Assembly: GCA_036397855.1 (NCBI GenBank)
Contig: DASWID010000136.1
Span: forward strand, 1-63,789
DNA from: Thermodesulfobacteriota bacterium
Lineage (GTDB): Bacteria; Desulfobacterota_D; UBA1144; Nemesobacterales; CSP1-2
DNA: 63,789 bases
Reading direction: 5' to 3'
Shown: positions 1 through 10,947 of the stretch, piece by piece
Layout of the letters: every line of letters begins with the position of its first letter
How positions within the stretch are numbered: the stretch's first letter is position 1
Translations under genes and position numbers: made by a program
The notes under the pieces: generated by a model
The model's input: the letters and a program-made list of their open reading frames with translations, nothing else
Database searches by the model: none
Told to the model about the DNA's origin: nothing

Positions 1-850
1 CATCTCTTCCCCAAAATATTCCTGTCCCTCTCGGCCCAAACATCCATTTATGCGTGCCGGCGACGAAAAAGTCGCATCCGACCTCCTCTATATTAACGTT
101 TTCAACCCCTAGCCCGTGAACGCCATCGACACAAAGAAGGATTCTATCATCATCTTCTCTAGATCTATTCTTGTATGATACCATCTCCCCAATCTCTCTC
201 ACCGGTATTTTAAGCCCCGTGCTGGAATGAACCCAGGTAAGGGCAATAACCCTTGTCCCGGGGCTGATTGAGCGGTAGACATTGCCCACTAACTCGTCTA
301 TAGATGTGTTATAGCTTCCGTTGTGAAGGCTTATCTTTCGAACTGTGGCACCCGTCCTGAGCGATCTCAAGTCGAGAGATTCCAGGGTAGAGTAATACTC
401 GTGCTCAGTCGTTAAGATCTCCTGGTCCCCTCTGACCTTGATTCCCGTATATAAAAGACCCAGCCCCATGGTGGTACTGTCCGTCAGCGCGATCTGAGAA
501 TAATGGGTGTTAAGATATGATGCTGCAGCGAGCCTTACCCCCTCCTCGGATTTTCTAGAATTCTCACGATAATATTGAACAGGATTTTCATCCAAACCGT
601 GCCTGTGCCTTTCAATTGCCTGCTTTACAGGCTTTGGATGAGAAGCTAGGAGGAAACAAGACATATGCACATAATTCCAATTAAGGTCAAACTGCCTTCT
701 AACCTGTTCCCAGTCGTCTTCGTAAAGGATCTCTTTAGGCTTTTCCTCAATCGGCTCAATAGGTCTCCTTGCACAGGAAAATTGTGCTAGCAAGACTGCC
801 CCACTTGCTAAACCGATTGAATTGACAAACTTCCTACGGCTTATATCCAT
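1..850 (-). CDS. Tat-signal class V aminotransferase-fold PLP enzyme (N-terminal part; C-terminus runs off the window)
   Basis: Absent from the ORF track because truncated. Hand translation from ATG at 850-848 gives MDISRRKFVNSIGLASGAVLLAQ (twin-arginine SRRKF) and later GTHKWMFGPRGTG, resembling the PLP-lysine region of class V enzymes. Confidence 0.7.
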   Translation of the reverse strand, partial: MDISRRKFVNSIGLASGAVLLAQFSCARRPIEPIEEKPKEILYEDDWEQVRRQFDLNWNYVHMSCFLLASHPKPVKQAIERHRHGLDENPVQYYRENSRKSEEGVRLAAASYLNTHYSQIALTDSTTMGLGLLYTGIKVRGDQEILTTEHEYYSTLESLDLRSLRTGATVRKISLHNGSYNTSIDELVGNVYRSISPGTRVIALTWVHSSTGLKIPVREIGEMVSYKNRSREDDDRILLCVDGVHGLGVENVNIEEVGCDFFVAGTHKWMFGPRGTGIFWGRD

Positions 851-1018
851 GTTATTCTCCTTCTTGATCGAATATCATAATCTGTAATGGTACTATTTTA
901 AAATACACGATCCTTTTCTTTTGACTTGAGATTCACGCGACATTATTTAAAAATATTAAGATATGATCAGGCATTCTATTTTAGGATAGGTCGATCGTTC
1001 GAAGAATGGAGGTAAAAA

Positions 1019-1546
1019 ATGAAGTCAACCATTGTGTCAGTGATACTCTTGGTTTCCATGATGAACTTTAGCATGGCTCTTGCCGAAGAGGAAACTGACT
1101 CCGATAGTGTAAACTGGGTATCAGGGGTAGTTGAGTCCATCCAATCGGGGAAGGAGAACAGCCTTGTAAGCGTGACTATGCAAAATGGTGAAAATTTTAA
1201 CTTTTCTTCTACCAACGATAAGATGGAAGGAATACAGGTTGGTGAGAGCATTTCAGCCAAGGTTGTGAATGGCTGGGCGCAATCGATCGCGAGACTCGGA
1301 AAGCCTGTAGAAATTGTACATCCAAAGAAAGATTCAGAGGGATTTCAGTGGGTGTCGGGCGAGATAACGGCGATTCAAACAGGCAAAGAAAGCAGCCTTG
1401 TCAGCGTTAAGATGCAAAATGGCGAGAACTTTAATTTCTCGGCTACGAACCAGATGCTCCATGGAGTCATGGTAGGCGATAGGGTGAGGGCGAAGGTCAA
1501 TAAGGGTTGGGCGGAAACTATCGCGACTAATGGGGGTCATTTCTGA
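1019..1546 (+). CDS. secreted hypothetical protein built from two ~60-aa modules
   Basis: Hydrophobic N-terminal signal (MKSTIVSVILLVSMMNFSMALA). Two internal copies of the WVSG..IQ.GKE.SLVSV.MQNGENFNFS.TN pattern. GGAGG lies upstream of the ATG. Confidence 0.6.
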   Translation: MKSTIVSVILLVSMMNFSMALAEEETDSDSVNWVSGVVESIQSGKENSLVSVTMQNGENFNFSSTNDKMEGIQVGESISAKVVNGWAQSIARLGKPVEIVHPKKDSEGFQWVSGEITAIQTGKESSLVSVKMQNGENFNFSATNQMLHGVMVGDRVRAKVNKGWAETIATNGGHF

Positions 1547-1875
1547 ACCTTATACTAGAAACACAATTTATAGTCTTGAGACAAATATGAGGCGAGCGAA
1601 ATAAAGGCTTCAACAAGTGGGTACCACTGTTTGCCTGATAATGATTCACGCTGGAGCAATCTGCAGGGTATTAGCACCTAAACGAACAGTCTTTTCAGTC
1701 AATTGCGAGCGGAAACCTTCCTTCGACAATGCTCAGGACAGGTTAGGTTTGGATTCCTTATGCTTTACCTATGCGGGGTTGGAAAACCCCGCCTATCGTT
1801 ATTGATGACGGTATTTATTATGGATAGTCGGGATATTCTTGCCCCGATAGGTTTCCATGTCATCGATCTTCTGGA

Positions 1876-2131
1876 GGACTTGAACGGCCTTCCAAAAATT
1901 GCGTTAAGAAAATCAGGAACGAAGACGTATAGAAAAATTTGCTGGTTGCGGTTGGAATGAAACTCCCTGTAGCAAGCTACAGGGAATTCACTAGTTAAAT
2001 TTTTTAGTCGGAGTGTATGATTTTTAGCGAATTTTTGGACAGCCCAGTCCTGAGCCCTGAGTTTCATCGAAGGGCCTGTCCTGAGTTTATCGAAGGATCG
2101 AAGGGTTGCTTCTTTGTATCAAGACAAAGAA
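1876..2131 (+). repeat. left arm of a long inverted repeat (REP/MITE-like mosaic)
   Basis: Aligns by hand to the reverse complement of 3593-3772. Has two extra insertions and ends in the hairpin ttctttgt-atcaag-acaaagaa. Confidence 0.8.
2048..2106 (+). repeat. tandem CCTGAGC-N-TCGAAGG REP-like units
   Basis: Three consecutive units here. Related single units at 1720-1740 (reverse), 3620-3638 (reverse), 36735-36757 and 41693-41716. Confidence 0.7.
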
Positions 2132-2345
2132 AATAAAAAATTAAAAGATGGATCCCCGATTAGAGCATTCGAGGATGACGGATGACTAAGTTTCGACCAA
2201 ATTTACTATTTTTTTGGCTTCTCTCCTCGAATTACGAGACACTTACGCCAACGACATTGGAAACCGTGTAGGAAGCTACAGGCAATTCGCGAGTTAATAT
2301 CTAAAATATGTATGACGTTTAGAAATAGCCCGTATACGGTTTATT

Positions 2346-2720
2346 TTAAAGTTTTAGCACACCCCTCAGAATATCCGTTGTGGTTATGATCCCCACCAGG
2401 TCCCCGGTGCCGGAAACTACAGGGAGGGCGTTGAATTTACATTCACATATTATTCGGGCCGCATCCTTGACCTCCGAATCTTCGGATATAGTGACGGGAC
2501 CAGCACGCATGACATCGCCCACGGTTAGATCTGATTCTACATAAGTCTGAAAGAGTGCGGTACGCAGGTCTCTGTCTGTAACAATGCCAATTAGTTTTCC
2601 ATCCTCAACGACAGGAGCCTGGCGGAAGCGATGCTCTAACAACAGGTGAAAAGCATCATTGATGTCTTCCTCTGGAGAGATTGTCACAGGATCGGGAGTC
2701 ATAAACTTTTTCACAATCAT
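2346..2720 (-). CDS. CBS-pair domain protein
   Basis: 124 aa with two CBS-like halves (PVVEDGKLIGIVTDRDL and LPVVSGTGDLVGIITTTDIL). Confidence 0.8.
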   Translation of the reverse strand: MIVKKFMTPDPVTISPEEDINDAFHLLLEHRFRQAPVVEDGKLIGIVTDRDLRTALFQTYVESDLTVGDVMRAGPVTISEDSEVKDAARIICECKFNALPVVSGTGDLVGIITTTDILRGVLKL

Positions 2721-2961
2721 ATATATACACTCGGGAATCTAAATATGTTAAGAAATTATACCAAGAGTTTTACTTTAAGAAAGCGAATAAAGAAACAGGA
2801 ATATGGCGTCAGAACTTCGAGACGACAAAAGTTATTGTCACTTTCTTGACGCAGGTTATTGGGATGCCAATTAAACCCCTTTGAGTTCAATTACTTGGGA
2901 CCGTGCCTCGACATTTGAATAAATGATCATTATATAGGGCGGATGGATTGTCCAGATGAGA

Positions 2962-2989
2962 TTGACATCGCTTTAAATTAGAGTATATT
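2962..2989 (+). promoter_or_regulatory. sigma70-type promoter candidate for cspA
   Basis: TTGACA (2962-2967), 16-nt spacer, TATATT (2984-2989). Implies a ~100-nt 5' UTR before the ATG at 3098. Confidence 0.45.
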
Positions 2990-3097
2990 TAACTAAGGAG
3001 TTTGCTGTAGTAGTTCTGTTCTAAATTAAGATTCGCGTCTAAATTTTTTTCTGAACCACTCGCATGATCCAATTTTATAGATAGGAGGTACCTTAAC

Positions 3098-3310
3098 ATG
3101 GCAGGACGTGAGATTGGCACTGTCAAGTGGTTCAATGCAACCAAGGGTTTTGGTTTTATTGAGCGCCAAAATGACAAAGACGTGTTTGTTCATCACAGTG
3201 ATATAGCTGGCGACGGCTATCGTTCACTTGATGAAGGACAACGTGTAGAATTCACGGTTGCTGAAGGGCAAAAAGGCCCAAAGGCCCAAAACGTTGTTCC
3301 CGCTAAGTAA
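3098..3310 (+). CDS. cspA: cold-shock protein, CspA family
   Basis: 70 aa: [15 protein letters not shown] (RNP1) and VFVHHS (RNP2). AGGAGG lies upstream. Confidence 0.95.
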   Translation: MAGREIGTVKWFNATKGFGFIERQNDKDVFVHHSDIAGDGYRSLDEGQRVEFTVAEGQKGPKAQNVVPAK

Positions 3311-3341
3311 ATTCATATTTAACTAAGGCGAACAATAAAAA

Positions 3342-3370
3342 AGCCCAGCGAATTTGCTGGGCTTTTTATT
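3342..3370 (+). terminator. rho-independent terminator of cspA
   Basis: agcccagc-gaattt-gctgggct followed by tttttattt. Confidence 0.8.
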
Positions 3371-3592
3371 TAACAAATGTAAATGGGGTCCTGAACGTAT
3401 GCCCACGTGCATCGAGTAGTTTCATCTTAGTAGGTGTGGATTCCCGAATACAGATTTCGGCAATGGAAGGCGAGGCTTGGTTGAGTAGAAGATTGCTTCG
3501 TGGCGTTGCCACTCGCAATCGTAAAAGCCAGGAATTTCGAGGATAGAATCTTTTCCAGTTTTTTCTTCATTGATCTAACTCGCCTTTCTATC

Positions 3593-3772
3593 TTCTTTGT
3601 CTTGATACAAAGAAGCAACCCTTCGACATCGCTCAGGACTGGGCTGCCCAAAAATTTGCTAAAAATCATTAACTCCGACTAAAAAATTTAATCCAACCGC
3701 AACCAGCAAATTTTTCTATACGTCTTCGTTTCTGATTTTCTTAACGCAATTTTTGGAATGCCGTTCAAGTCC
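3593..3772 (-). repeat. right arm of the long inverted repeat
   Basis: Reverse complement matches 1876-2131 (see findings). The inner end carries the same hairpin. Confidence 0.8.
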
Positions 3773-3817
3773 TTTTTATTCCCTACATATATGTGTCGGA
3801 TCGGCTATTCTTAATAA

Positions 3818-4567
3818 TTATGTTTTCTTCGTCCGACACTGTTTTACACTCTTAAGTACAAATTTGTGATGATGGGCAAGTTGTTCTTCAGTATACTGAT
3901 GCTCCTTCCCATACGGGCAGGCTCGCCTTGATGCACAATTGTTTTCACAAGTTTCACTGCTCAGGCGGTAATCCATGCACGCTTCCCAATTCCAGCCCCT
4001 GTTTGAAATGGTTTTCGCGGGGCATGCTGTGATGCAGGGCTTGGGGCAAGGAGGGCAGGGGGTGAAATTCTTGAGCGGGCTATCAAAAGCCGAGAATACC
4101 AGATCGGTATGTATAGCACCTCTTAGAGAAACCCAGGGACCATACTCGGGATGTAAGAGTATTCCCAGGAGGCTGTCAACTCCTACTCCGGAAATTCTTC
4201 CCAATTCCATAAAGTCCAGATCAAGCGCAGTGGTACCGAACGGAAAAATAATTTCGTATGAAACACCGCTCTCTTCTAAAATCTCTGCTGCCGATTTGAA
4301 TATCAATTGCGTGTAATCATCTATCCAATCAATCCGAGATTGTTTGAAATCAGGATTATTTCTCAAGAATGTGCGCAAGATATCCCAGAACTCATTACCG
4401 GCAAATCCTATGAGGATGATGGATTTACCACATTGCAAGAATTCATCCAAGCCTTCTCTCTGTGTAACATTCTTGTGGTAGTCGTTTGTTTTAACTTTAC
4501 TTACGATATTGAATCCGGACTCGTTAAAAAGGGCTTCAATTTTTTCAAACAGATAATCTGAGTTCAT
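3818..4567 (-). CDS. Fe-S protein related to the QueG/reductive-dehalogenase fold (function unknown)
   Basis: Cys-rich C-terminus CPPCPKPCITACP ... CENNCASRRACP. The preceding LGILLHPEYGPWVSLRG resembles the QueG-type core. Confidence 0.45.
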   Translation of the reverse strand: MNSDYLFEKIEALFNESGFNIVSKVKTNDYHKNVTQREGLDEFLQCGKSIILIGFAGNEFWDILRTFLRNNPDFKQSRIDWIDDYTQLIFKSAAEILEESGVSYEIIFPFGTTALDLDFMELGRISGVGVDSLLGILLHPEYGPWVSLRGAIHTDLVFSAFDSPLKNFTPCPPCPKPCITACPAKTISNRGWNWEACMDYRLSSETCENNCASRRACPYGKEHQYTEEQLAHHHKFVLKSVKQCRTKKT

Positions 4568-4652
4568 GATGGATTGTTTAGAAGGATTATAACCTAGATT
4601 TACAAACCTTTAGCAATCGAAAGAGAATTGGCTAGTTAAATTGATCAGATAA

Positions 4653-5108
4653 TTGAAATTGGGTAATTTAAGTTTTCATATGAAATTATCAATATTAGAC
4701 AGGGTCAATCGCTTAAGGAGCGAACAGAAGAAGAATTTGAAAAGGAAAGCGATTTTCATACTTAAAACACTCGATGTTTCAAGAAATAAGGAGTTGTGTG
4801 TAGCATTTGTCGACGACGAGGAAATGCGGAAGCTGAACGCCGATTATCGAAACATAAATCGGACCACCGACGTCCTGTCCTTTCCCCAGGACGGCCCTGA
4901 TGATTCCATGCTTGGAGATGTAATTATTTCGATTGACACGGCAATAAGACGTTCAAAGCTGCAAAAATTAAACATTGAAGATGAGATTCACAAATTGATG
5001 ATACATGGGATATTGCATCTCCTGGGATATGACCATAAGAAAAAAAATGAAGCCAGGGTAATGAGGAAAAAGGAATTAGAAATCCTATCAAGCATCGAGT
5101 CCCTGTAA
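4653..5108 (+). CDS. ybeY: endoribonuclease YbeY (start uncertain; ATG at 4680 is an alternative)
   Basis: HGILHLLGYDH zinc-binding motif, ~150 aa. Confidence 0.85.
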   Translation: MKLGNLSFHMKLSILDRVNRLRSEQKKNLKRKAIFILKTLDVSRNKELCVAFVDDEEMRKLNADYRNINRTTDVLSFPQDGPDDSMLGDVIISIDTAIRRSKLQKLNIEDEIHKLMIHGILHLLGYDHKKKNEARVMRKKELEILSSIESL

Positions 5109-5648
5109 AGGTTTTTCAAACGATGCTTCTATCTCTTCAAGCTCTTTAAGGCTGGGGAGGTCCCTCAAGCTTCTGAGTCCGAAGGTCTCGAGAAATTCGC
5201 TGGTGGTTGCATACAGGAATGGTCTTCCGATCACCTCCTTTCTGCCACTGATTTCGACGAGGCGTTTTTCCAACAGAACTCCTATGACACCTGTTGAATC
5301 GACTCCCCTTATCTGATCAACCTCAAGTCTTGTGATGGGCTGATTATAGGCGATTATTGCGAGTGCCTCTAAAGCGGCACGACTCAGACGGAATGGCTTG
5401 GTCTCTTTAAAACGGATAATTTCCTCACTGAAATCCGAATTGGTTCTGAACTGATAACCGTTGGCAACCTCGTGCAATCTAAATCCCCTATCTAGGGAAT
5501 TCCATTCGCTTATCAGCTCCTCAATACACTCACTAATTTCACTTCTTTTTAGTTCAGGTAATACCTTTTGGAGCCTCTGTATTGAAAGCGGTTTTTCTGA
5601 AACAAAGATGATGCATTCAATCACCTTTTTTAAGTGTTCTTTTTCCAA
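5088..5648 (-). CDS. scpB: segregation and condensation protein B
   Basis: Winged-helix ScpB pattern (IECIIFVSEKPLS, ALEALAIIAYNQPITRLEVDQIRGV). Overlaps scpA by 19 nt. Confidence 0.85.
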   Translation of the reverse strand: MEKEHLKKVIECIIFVSEKPLSIQRLQKVLPELKRSEISECIEELISEWNSLDRGFRLHEVANGYQFRTNSDFSEEIIRFKETKPFRLSRAALEALAIIAYNQPITRLEVDQIRGVDSTGVIGVLLEKRLVEISGRKEVIGRPFLYATTSEFLETFGLRSLRDLPSLKELEEIEASFEKPLQGLDA

Positions 5649-6379
5649 GCTACATGTTCTCCCGCGTAGGCTAATTTTATCGGTCCAAACGGATATTCCT
5701 GATATGCATTTATCGTACGAGCTCTTATAAGCTCTAAAATGGCAAGAAATGTAATGATCAGGTCCAATCTCGATGCATTTTTTCTAAAGAGGTCCTCAAA
5801 CCTCATTTCCTTTCTTGAAATAAGTATAGATGTTACCTCCTCAATCCTCTCATCCAGTGTGACTGTTTCAATATCAAATTGTATTCCCTCTGATATACTT
5901 AGATTTCTGCGCTTGAAAACCTCTCTTAAAGAATCGATTAACGACCAGAGGTCAACCGTTAACAGCTGATTTGCGTCATCAGCCGTGTCGTCCTCATACG
6001 ATCTTGTAAACACATCCCTTTCCAGCGCTTCAAGCCTGGAGAACTGTTCAGCCGCTTCTTGATATCTCTGGTACTCAATGAGCCTTCTTACGAGGTCGGA
6101 TCTGGGATCATCCTCTTCAATTTCATCATCATCTTCAGGCTTTGGCAGCAGCATCTTTGATTTGATATGCCCGAGCTCTGCCGCGATTATCAGATAGTCT
6201 CCGACAATCTCTAAATTCAACTCTTTCATCATATTCAGGTATTCAAGATATTGCTGTGTGATTAAAGCAACTGGGATGTCGTAAATGTTGATCTCATGTT
6301 TTTTTATAAGGTGTAACAAAAGATCAAGAGGACCCTCGAAAGCCTGTACTTTAACCAAGCATGTCTCAGGACTGTCCAA
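5630..6379 (-). CDS. scpA: segregation and condensation protein A
   Basis: FEGPLDLLLHLIKKHEINIYDIPVALIT N-terminus typical of ScpA. Confidence 0.85.
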   Translation of the reverse strand: MDSPETCLVKVQAFEGPLDLLLHLIKKHEINIYDIPVALITQQYLEYLNMMKELNLEIVGDYLIIAAELGHIKSKMLLPKPEDDDEIEEDDPRSDLVRRLIEYQRYQEAAEQFSRLEALERDVFTRSYEDDTADDANQLLTVDLWSLIDSLREVFKRRNLSISEGIQFDIETVTLDERIEEVTSILISRKEMRFEDLFRKNASRLDLIITFLAILELIRARTINAYQEYPFGPIKLAYAGEHVAWKKNT

Positions 6380-6427
6380 AGTCGGCGATGCCTCCGTGAT
6401 TCATATAATACAGGATTTCTTCGATGT

Positions 6428-7105
6428 TCATCTAGTAATATGATGGATTATTTGCCAAAGTTGACCATAACCCAGCCCTGAAATTAGTTCGGTAATTATT
6501 GAAACAGGGTACCAAATAACGACCGAAAAGATACGTCCCCCAAATAAGAATAGTGCGAATAATACCATTACTCCGTAAGGCTCAAACCTACTGTAGGCAT
6601 ATGCTTGTCTCTCAGGCAAAAGTCCATAGAGCACTCGCGAGCCGTCCAGCGGGGGTATTGGCAGTATGTTAAAGATAGCAAGCCCCACTCCGTAAATGAC
6701 GGTAAGAACTATCACCACGAGAAGTGTTGAGTAAAATCCCGACGTCGCCTGATCGAATGTTACAATACTGGGAATTAGATTTCTCAGAAATATACCGGCA
6801 ACAATGGCCGTCAACAGATTAGAAACGGGACCGGCAAGTGCGACGAGAAGCATTCCCTTTTTGGGGTCTTTAAAATTAAGTGGATTTACGGGGACAGGCT
6901 TCGCCCAGCCAAAGCCAACCAGAAACATCAGAATAGTGCCGATTACATCAAGGTGAGCGATGGGATTCAGGGTTAACCGACCCTGCCTGAGCGCAGTATC
7001 ATCTCCCAAATACTTGGCAACCAGGCCATGGCAATACTCATGAATCGTAAGTGCGAACAGAATAACAGGAGCCTGGATTATGATGAGTTTATAGTTGAAA
7101 TCCAT
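6428..7105 (-). CDS. M50 (site-2 protease) family zinc metalloprotease
   Basis: HEYCH (HExxH) in a polytopic membrane protein, with a downstream NILPIPPLDG motif. Confidence 0.8.
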   Translation of the reverse strand: MDFNYKLIIIQAPVILFALTIHEYCHGLVAKYLGDDTALRQGRLTLNPIAHLDVIGTILMFLVGFGWAKPVPVNPLNFKDPKKGMLLVALAGPVSNLLTAIVAGIFLRNLIPSIVTFDQATSGFYSTLLVVIVLTVIYGVGLAIFNILPIPPLDGSRVLYGLLPERQAYAYSRFEPYGVMVLFALFLFGGRIFSVVIWYPVSIITELISGLGYGQLWQIIHHITR

Positions 7106-7156
7106 GTATGAGATCTCTATTTACTGTTTAAAATAACGATAAAAAGACAATCAAAT

Positions 7157-8044
7157 TCAAGATCTGGGGTGATATTTTTTATGTATCTCTTTTAGCCTCT
7201 CTTTTGCGATATGTGTATAAATCTGTGTAGTCGAAATATCAGAATGTCCGAGCATGATCTGGATTGTTCTCAGGTCTGCCCCTCTCTCTAGAAGATGTGT
7301 AGCAAAAGAATGCCTTATAGTATGAGGGCTTATTTTTCTATTTATACCACACTTAATTGCATGGGCTTTCAGAATCTTCCAAAACCCCTGACGAGTCATT
7401 CCCTCACCGCGTCTGGTAACAAATAGGTAAGGTGAACTCCTCGATTTAAGAATATTTGGTCTCGATAGAGCCAGGTAATCCTTCAAGGCAGTTCTGGCTT
7501 TCTCACCCGTTGGCACTAACCTTTCCTTTGAACCCTTGCCGTATACAATCAGGTAACCCAGCTCAAAGTTTACACTATTGAGATCAAGGTTCACAAGTTC
7601 TGATGCCCTGATGCCGCAGGCGTACAATGTCTCCAGCATCGCTCTATTCCTTATGCCTTCATATGACGTGGGATCGGGTGAGGAGAGGATCCTTTCCACA
7701 TCTTCTAATGATAGAAAGCCCGGAATGCTTCTCTTCATTTTGGGTGTTTTTATGTTAAGGCTGGGATCTTCAACTATGATCTTCTCGAGAAGCAGAAATT
7801 TAAAAAACTGCTTAAGAGAAACCAGATTGCGTGCAACTGATCTGATATTGATACCTTCATCCAGCAGAGTGGTAAGATATTCTAAAAGGTCGTTGTACTT
7901 AACACCCTCAATCCCGGATATATTCCTTTTCTCGAGGTAATCTATAAATTTTAGGACATCCCTTCCGTATGCTTCCAGTGTATTTTTTGAGAGCCCTTTT
8001 ACTGCAGCCTGATAAGAGAGAAATGAATCTACAAGATTGTTCAT
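7157..8044 (-). CDS. xerD: tyrosine recombinase XerD
   Basis: RHSFATHLLERGADLRTIQIMLGHSDISTTQIYTH...HPRS C-terminus and the MTRQGFWKILK segment match the XerD pattern. Chromosomal context next to scpAB. Confidence 0.75.
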   Translation of the reverse strand: MNNLVDSFLSYQAAVKGLSKNTLEAYGRDVLKFIDYLEKRNISGIEGVKYNDLLEYLTTLLDEGINIRSVARNLVSLKQFFKFLLLEKIIVEDPSLNIKTPKMKRSIPGFLSLEDVERILSSPDPTSYEGIRNRAMLETLYACGIRASELVNLDLNSVNFELGYLIVYGKGSKERLVPTGEKARTALKDYLALSRPNILKSRSSPYLFVTRRGEGMTRQGFWKILKAHAIKCGINRKISPHTIRHSFATHLLERGADLRTIQIMLGHSDISTTQIYTHIAKERLKEIHKKYHPRS

Positions 8045-8066
8045 CCTAAGATTTAGATCTGAAATT

Positions 8067-9419
<1,353 letters not shown>

Positions 9420-9457
9420 TTAGCTTCACCAATCTATTTCAAATTTTTGATATGTTA

Positions 9458-10618
9458 TTATTGAACTGCCTTTCTCAATAATTCTGTCTTATCGGTTGCC
9501 TCCCAGGTGAAATCCGGTTCTTCTCTTCCGAAATGCCCATATGCCGCTGTCTTTGTGTAGATCGGTCTAAGGAGTTTAAGTGTTTTTATTATTTCAGCGG
9601 GCCTCAGGTCAAAGATCTCTCTTATACCCTTTGAAATCTTCTCTTCAGGGACAACCCCTGTATCAAATGTATCGACCATTACCGACACCGGCTCGGCAAT
9701 ACCAATTGCGTAGGCGACTTGTACCTCACACCTCTTTGCCAGACCCGCCGCAATAACATTCTTGGCAATATAACGAACCATATAACTAGCGCTTCTGTCA
9801 ACCTTTGAAGGATCCTTGCCGGAGAATGCACCGCCTCCATGCCTTGCCCACCCACCGTAGGTATCTATTATGATTTTTCGCCCGGTTAGTCCCGCGTCCC
9901 CTTTCGGGCCTCCTACCACAAACCTGCCTGTGGGATTTATAAAAATCTTAGTTTTTGATGATAATAGTTCTTCAGAGATTACCGGTTTTATAACATTCTC
10001 TACGATGCCTTCATGAATTGTCGAGTTGGATACCTCGGGTGAATGTTGAGATGACACAACAATTGCTTCAACGGATCTTGGTTTATTGTTCTCATACCTG
10101 ACTGTTACCTGAGTCTTTCCGTCTGGTCTGAGAAAGGGTAGAGTGCCGTTCTTTCTCACCTCGCTCAGGCGTCTTGCGAGTTTGTGAGAATACATGATCG
10201 GAGTCGGCATGAGTTCAGCGGTCTCATCTATAGCATAGCCAAACATGAGTCCCTGGTCTCCCGCACCCTGTTCCCTATCCTCCGAAGGATTAACACCGAG
10301 GGCAATGTCTGGAGACTGTTTGCCCATTACCATCAGAATACCGCAATTCTCAGCATCGAATCCCATTGAGCCATTTACATATCCTATGTTTCTTATCGTT
10401 TGTCTCACGACCTCTGGAATGTCCACATTCGCAGTGGTTGTGCGTTCGCCCGCTACAACCACCAATCCTGTGGTTAAAAGGGTTTCACATGCTACTCTGC
10501 CGTTCGGATCCTGGGCAATAATTGCGTCGAGTACCGCGTCCGAAATCTGGTCAGCCATTTTGTCAGGATGCCCTTCTGTAACAGATTCAGAGGTGAATAT
10601 GAAATCTTTTTGAGCCAT
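9458..10618 (-). CDS. metK: S-adenosylmethionine synthetase
   Basis: [17 protein letters not shown] and [16 protein letters not shown] motifs. Confidence 0.97.
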   Translation of the reverse strand: MAQKDFIFTSESVTEGHPDKMADQISDAVLDAIIAQDPNGRVACETLLTTGLVVVAGERTTTANVDIPEVVRQTIRNIGYVNGSMGFDAENCGILMVMGKQSPDIALGVNPSEDREQGAGDQGLMFGYAIDETAELMPTPIMYSHKLARRLSEVRKNGTLPFLRPDGKTQVTVRYENNKPRSVEAIVVSSQHSPEVSNSTIHEGIVENVIKPVISEELLSSKTKIFINPTGRFVVGGPKGDAGLTGRKIIIDTYGGWARHGGGAFSGKDPSKVDRSASYMVRYIAKNVIAAGLAKRCEVQVAYAIGIAEPVSVMVDTFDTGVVPEEKISKGIREIFDLRPAEIIKTLKLLRPIYTKTAAYGHFGREEPDFTWEATDKTELLRKAVQ

Positions 10619-10661
10619 ACGAATTATCTCCTAGCCTAACAGCCTCCCGTAAAACGCAAAA

Positions 10662-10689
10662 AATATAATCCTTTAACTAATTAAGTCAA
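10662..10689 (-). promoter_or_regulatory. sigma70-type promoter candidate for metK
   Basis: On the minus strand: TTGACT (10689-10684), 16-nt spacer, TATATT (10667-10662). Short leader with AGGAGA before the ATG. Confidence 0.4.
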
Positions 10690-10947
10690 GGAATTACGGG
10701 ATTTATTATCCTTATATTGAGTCAACTTAACTCAGGATCATACTGGCATTTATGGAAATAAATTTAAACAAAAATAATATATCGTATACGCTGAATGCAG
10801 ATGGTATAATCGTATATTAGATTTCAAATTCAGTAATATCAGGTGTGAATTTAGCGAGCATTTTTTGATACCTAATCTTTCAGGCTATTTTCATTTATAT
10901 TGAAAACTTTGAGGATATTTTCTCTGAGAAGCATTGTATAAAACGAT

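Noticed and set aside
1617-2067. Overlapping 62-100-aa ORFs at 1617-2067, and similar ones at 3427-3682 and 41549-41770.
   Set aside because: They are read across REP/MITE-like repeat units and the same peptides recur wherever the repeat recurs. They have no SD and overlap each other.
7157-8044. Tyrosine recombinase read as a phage or integrative-element integrase.
   Set aside because: Its size, XerD-like C-terminus and MTRQ.FW segment fit the chromosome-dimer resolvase. So does its position in the scpAB/M50 housekeeping block, with no attachment-site repeats or phage genes nearby.
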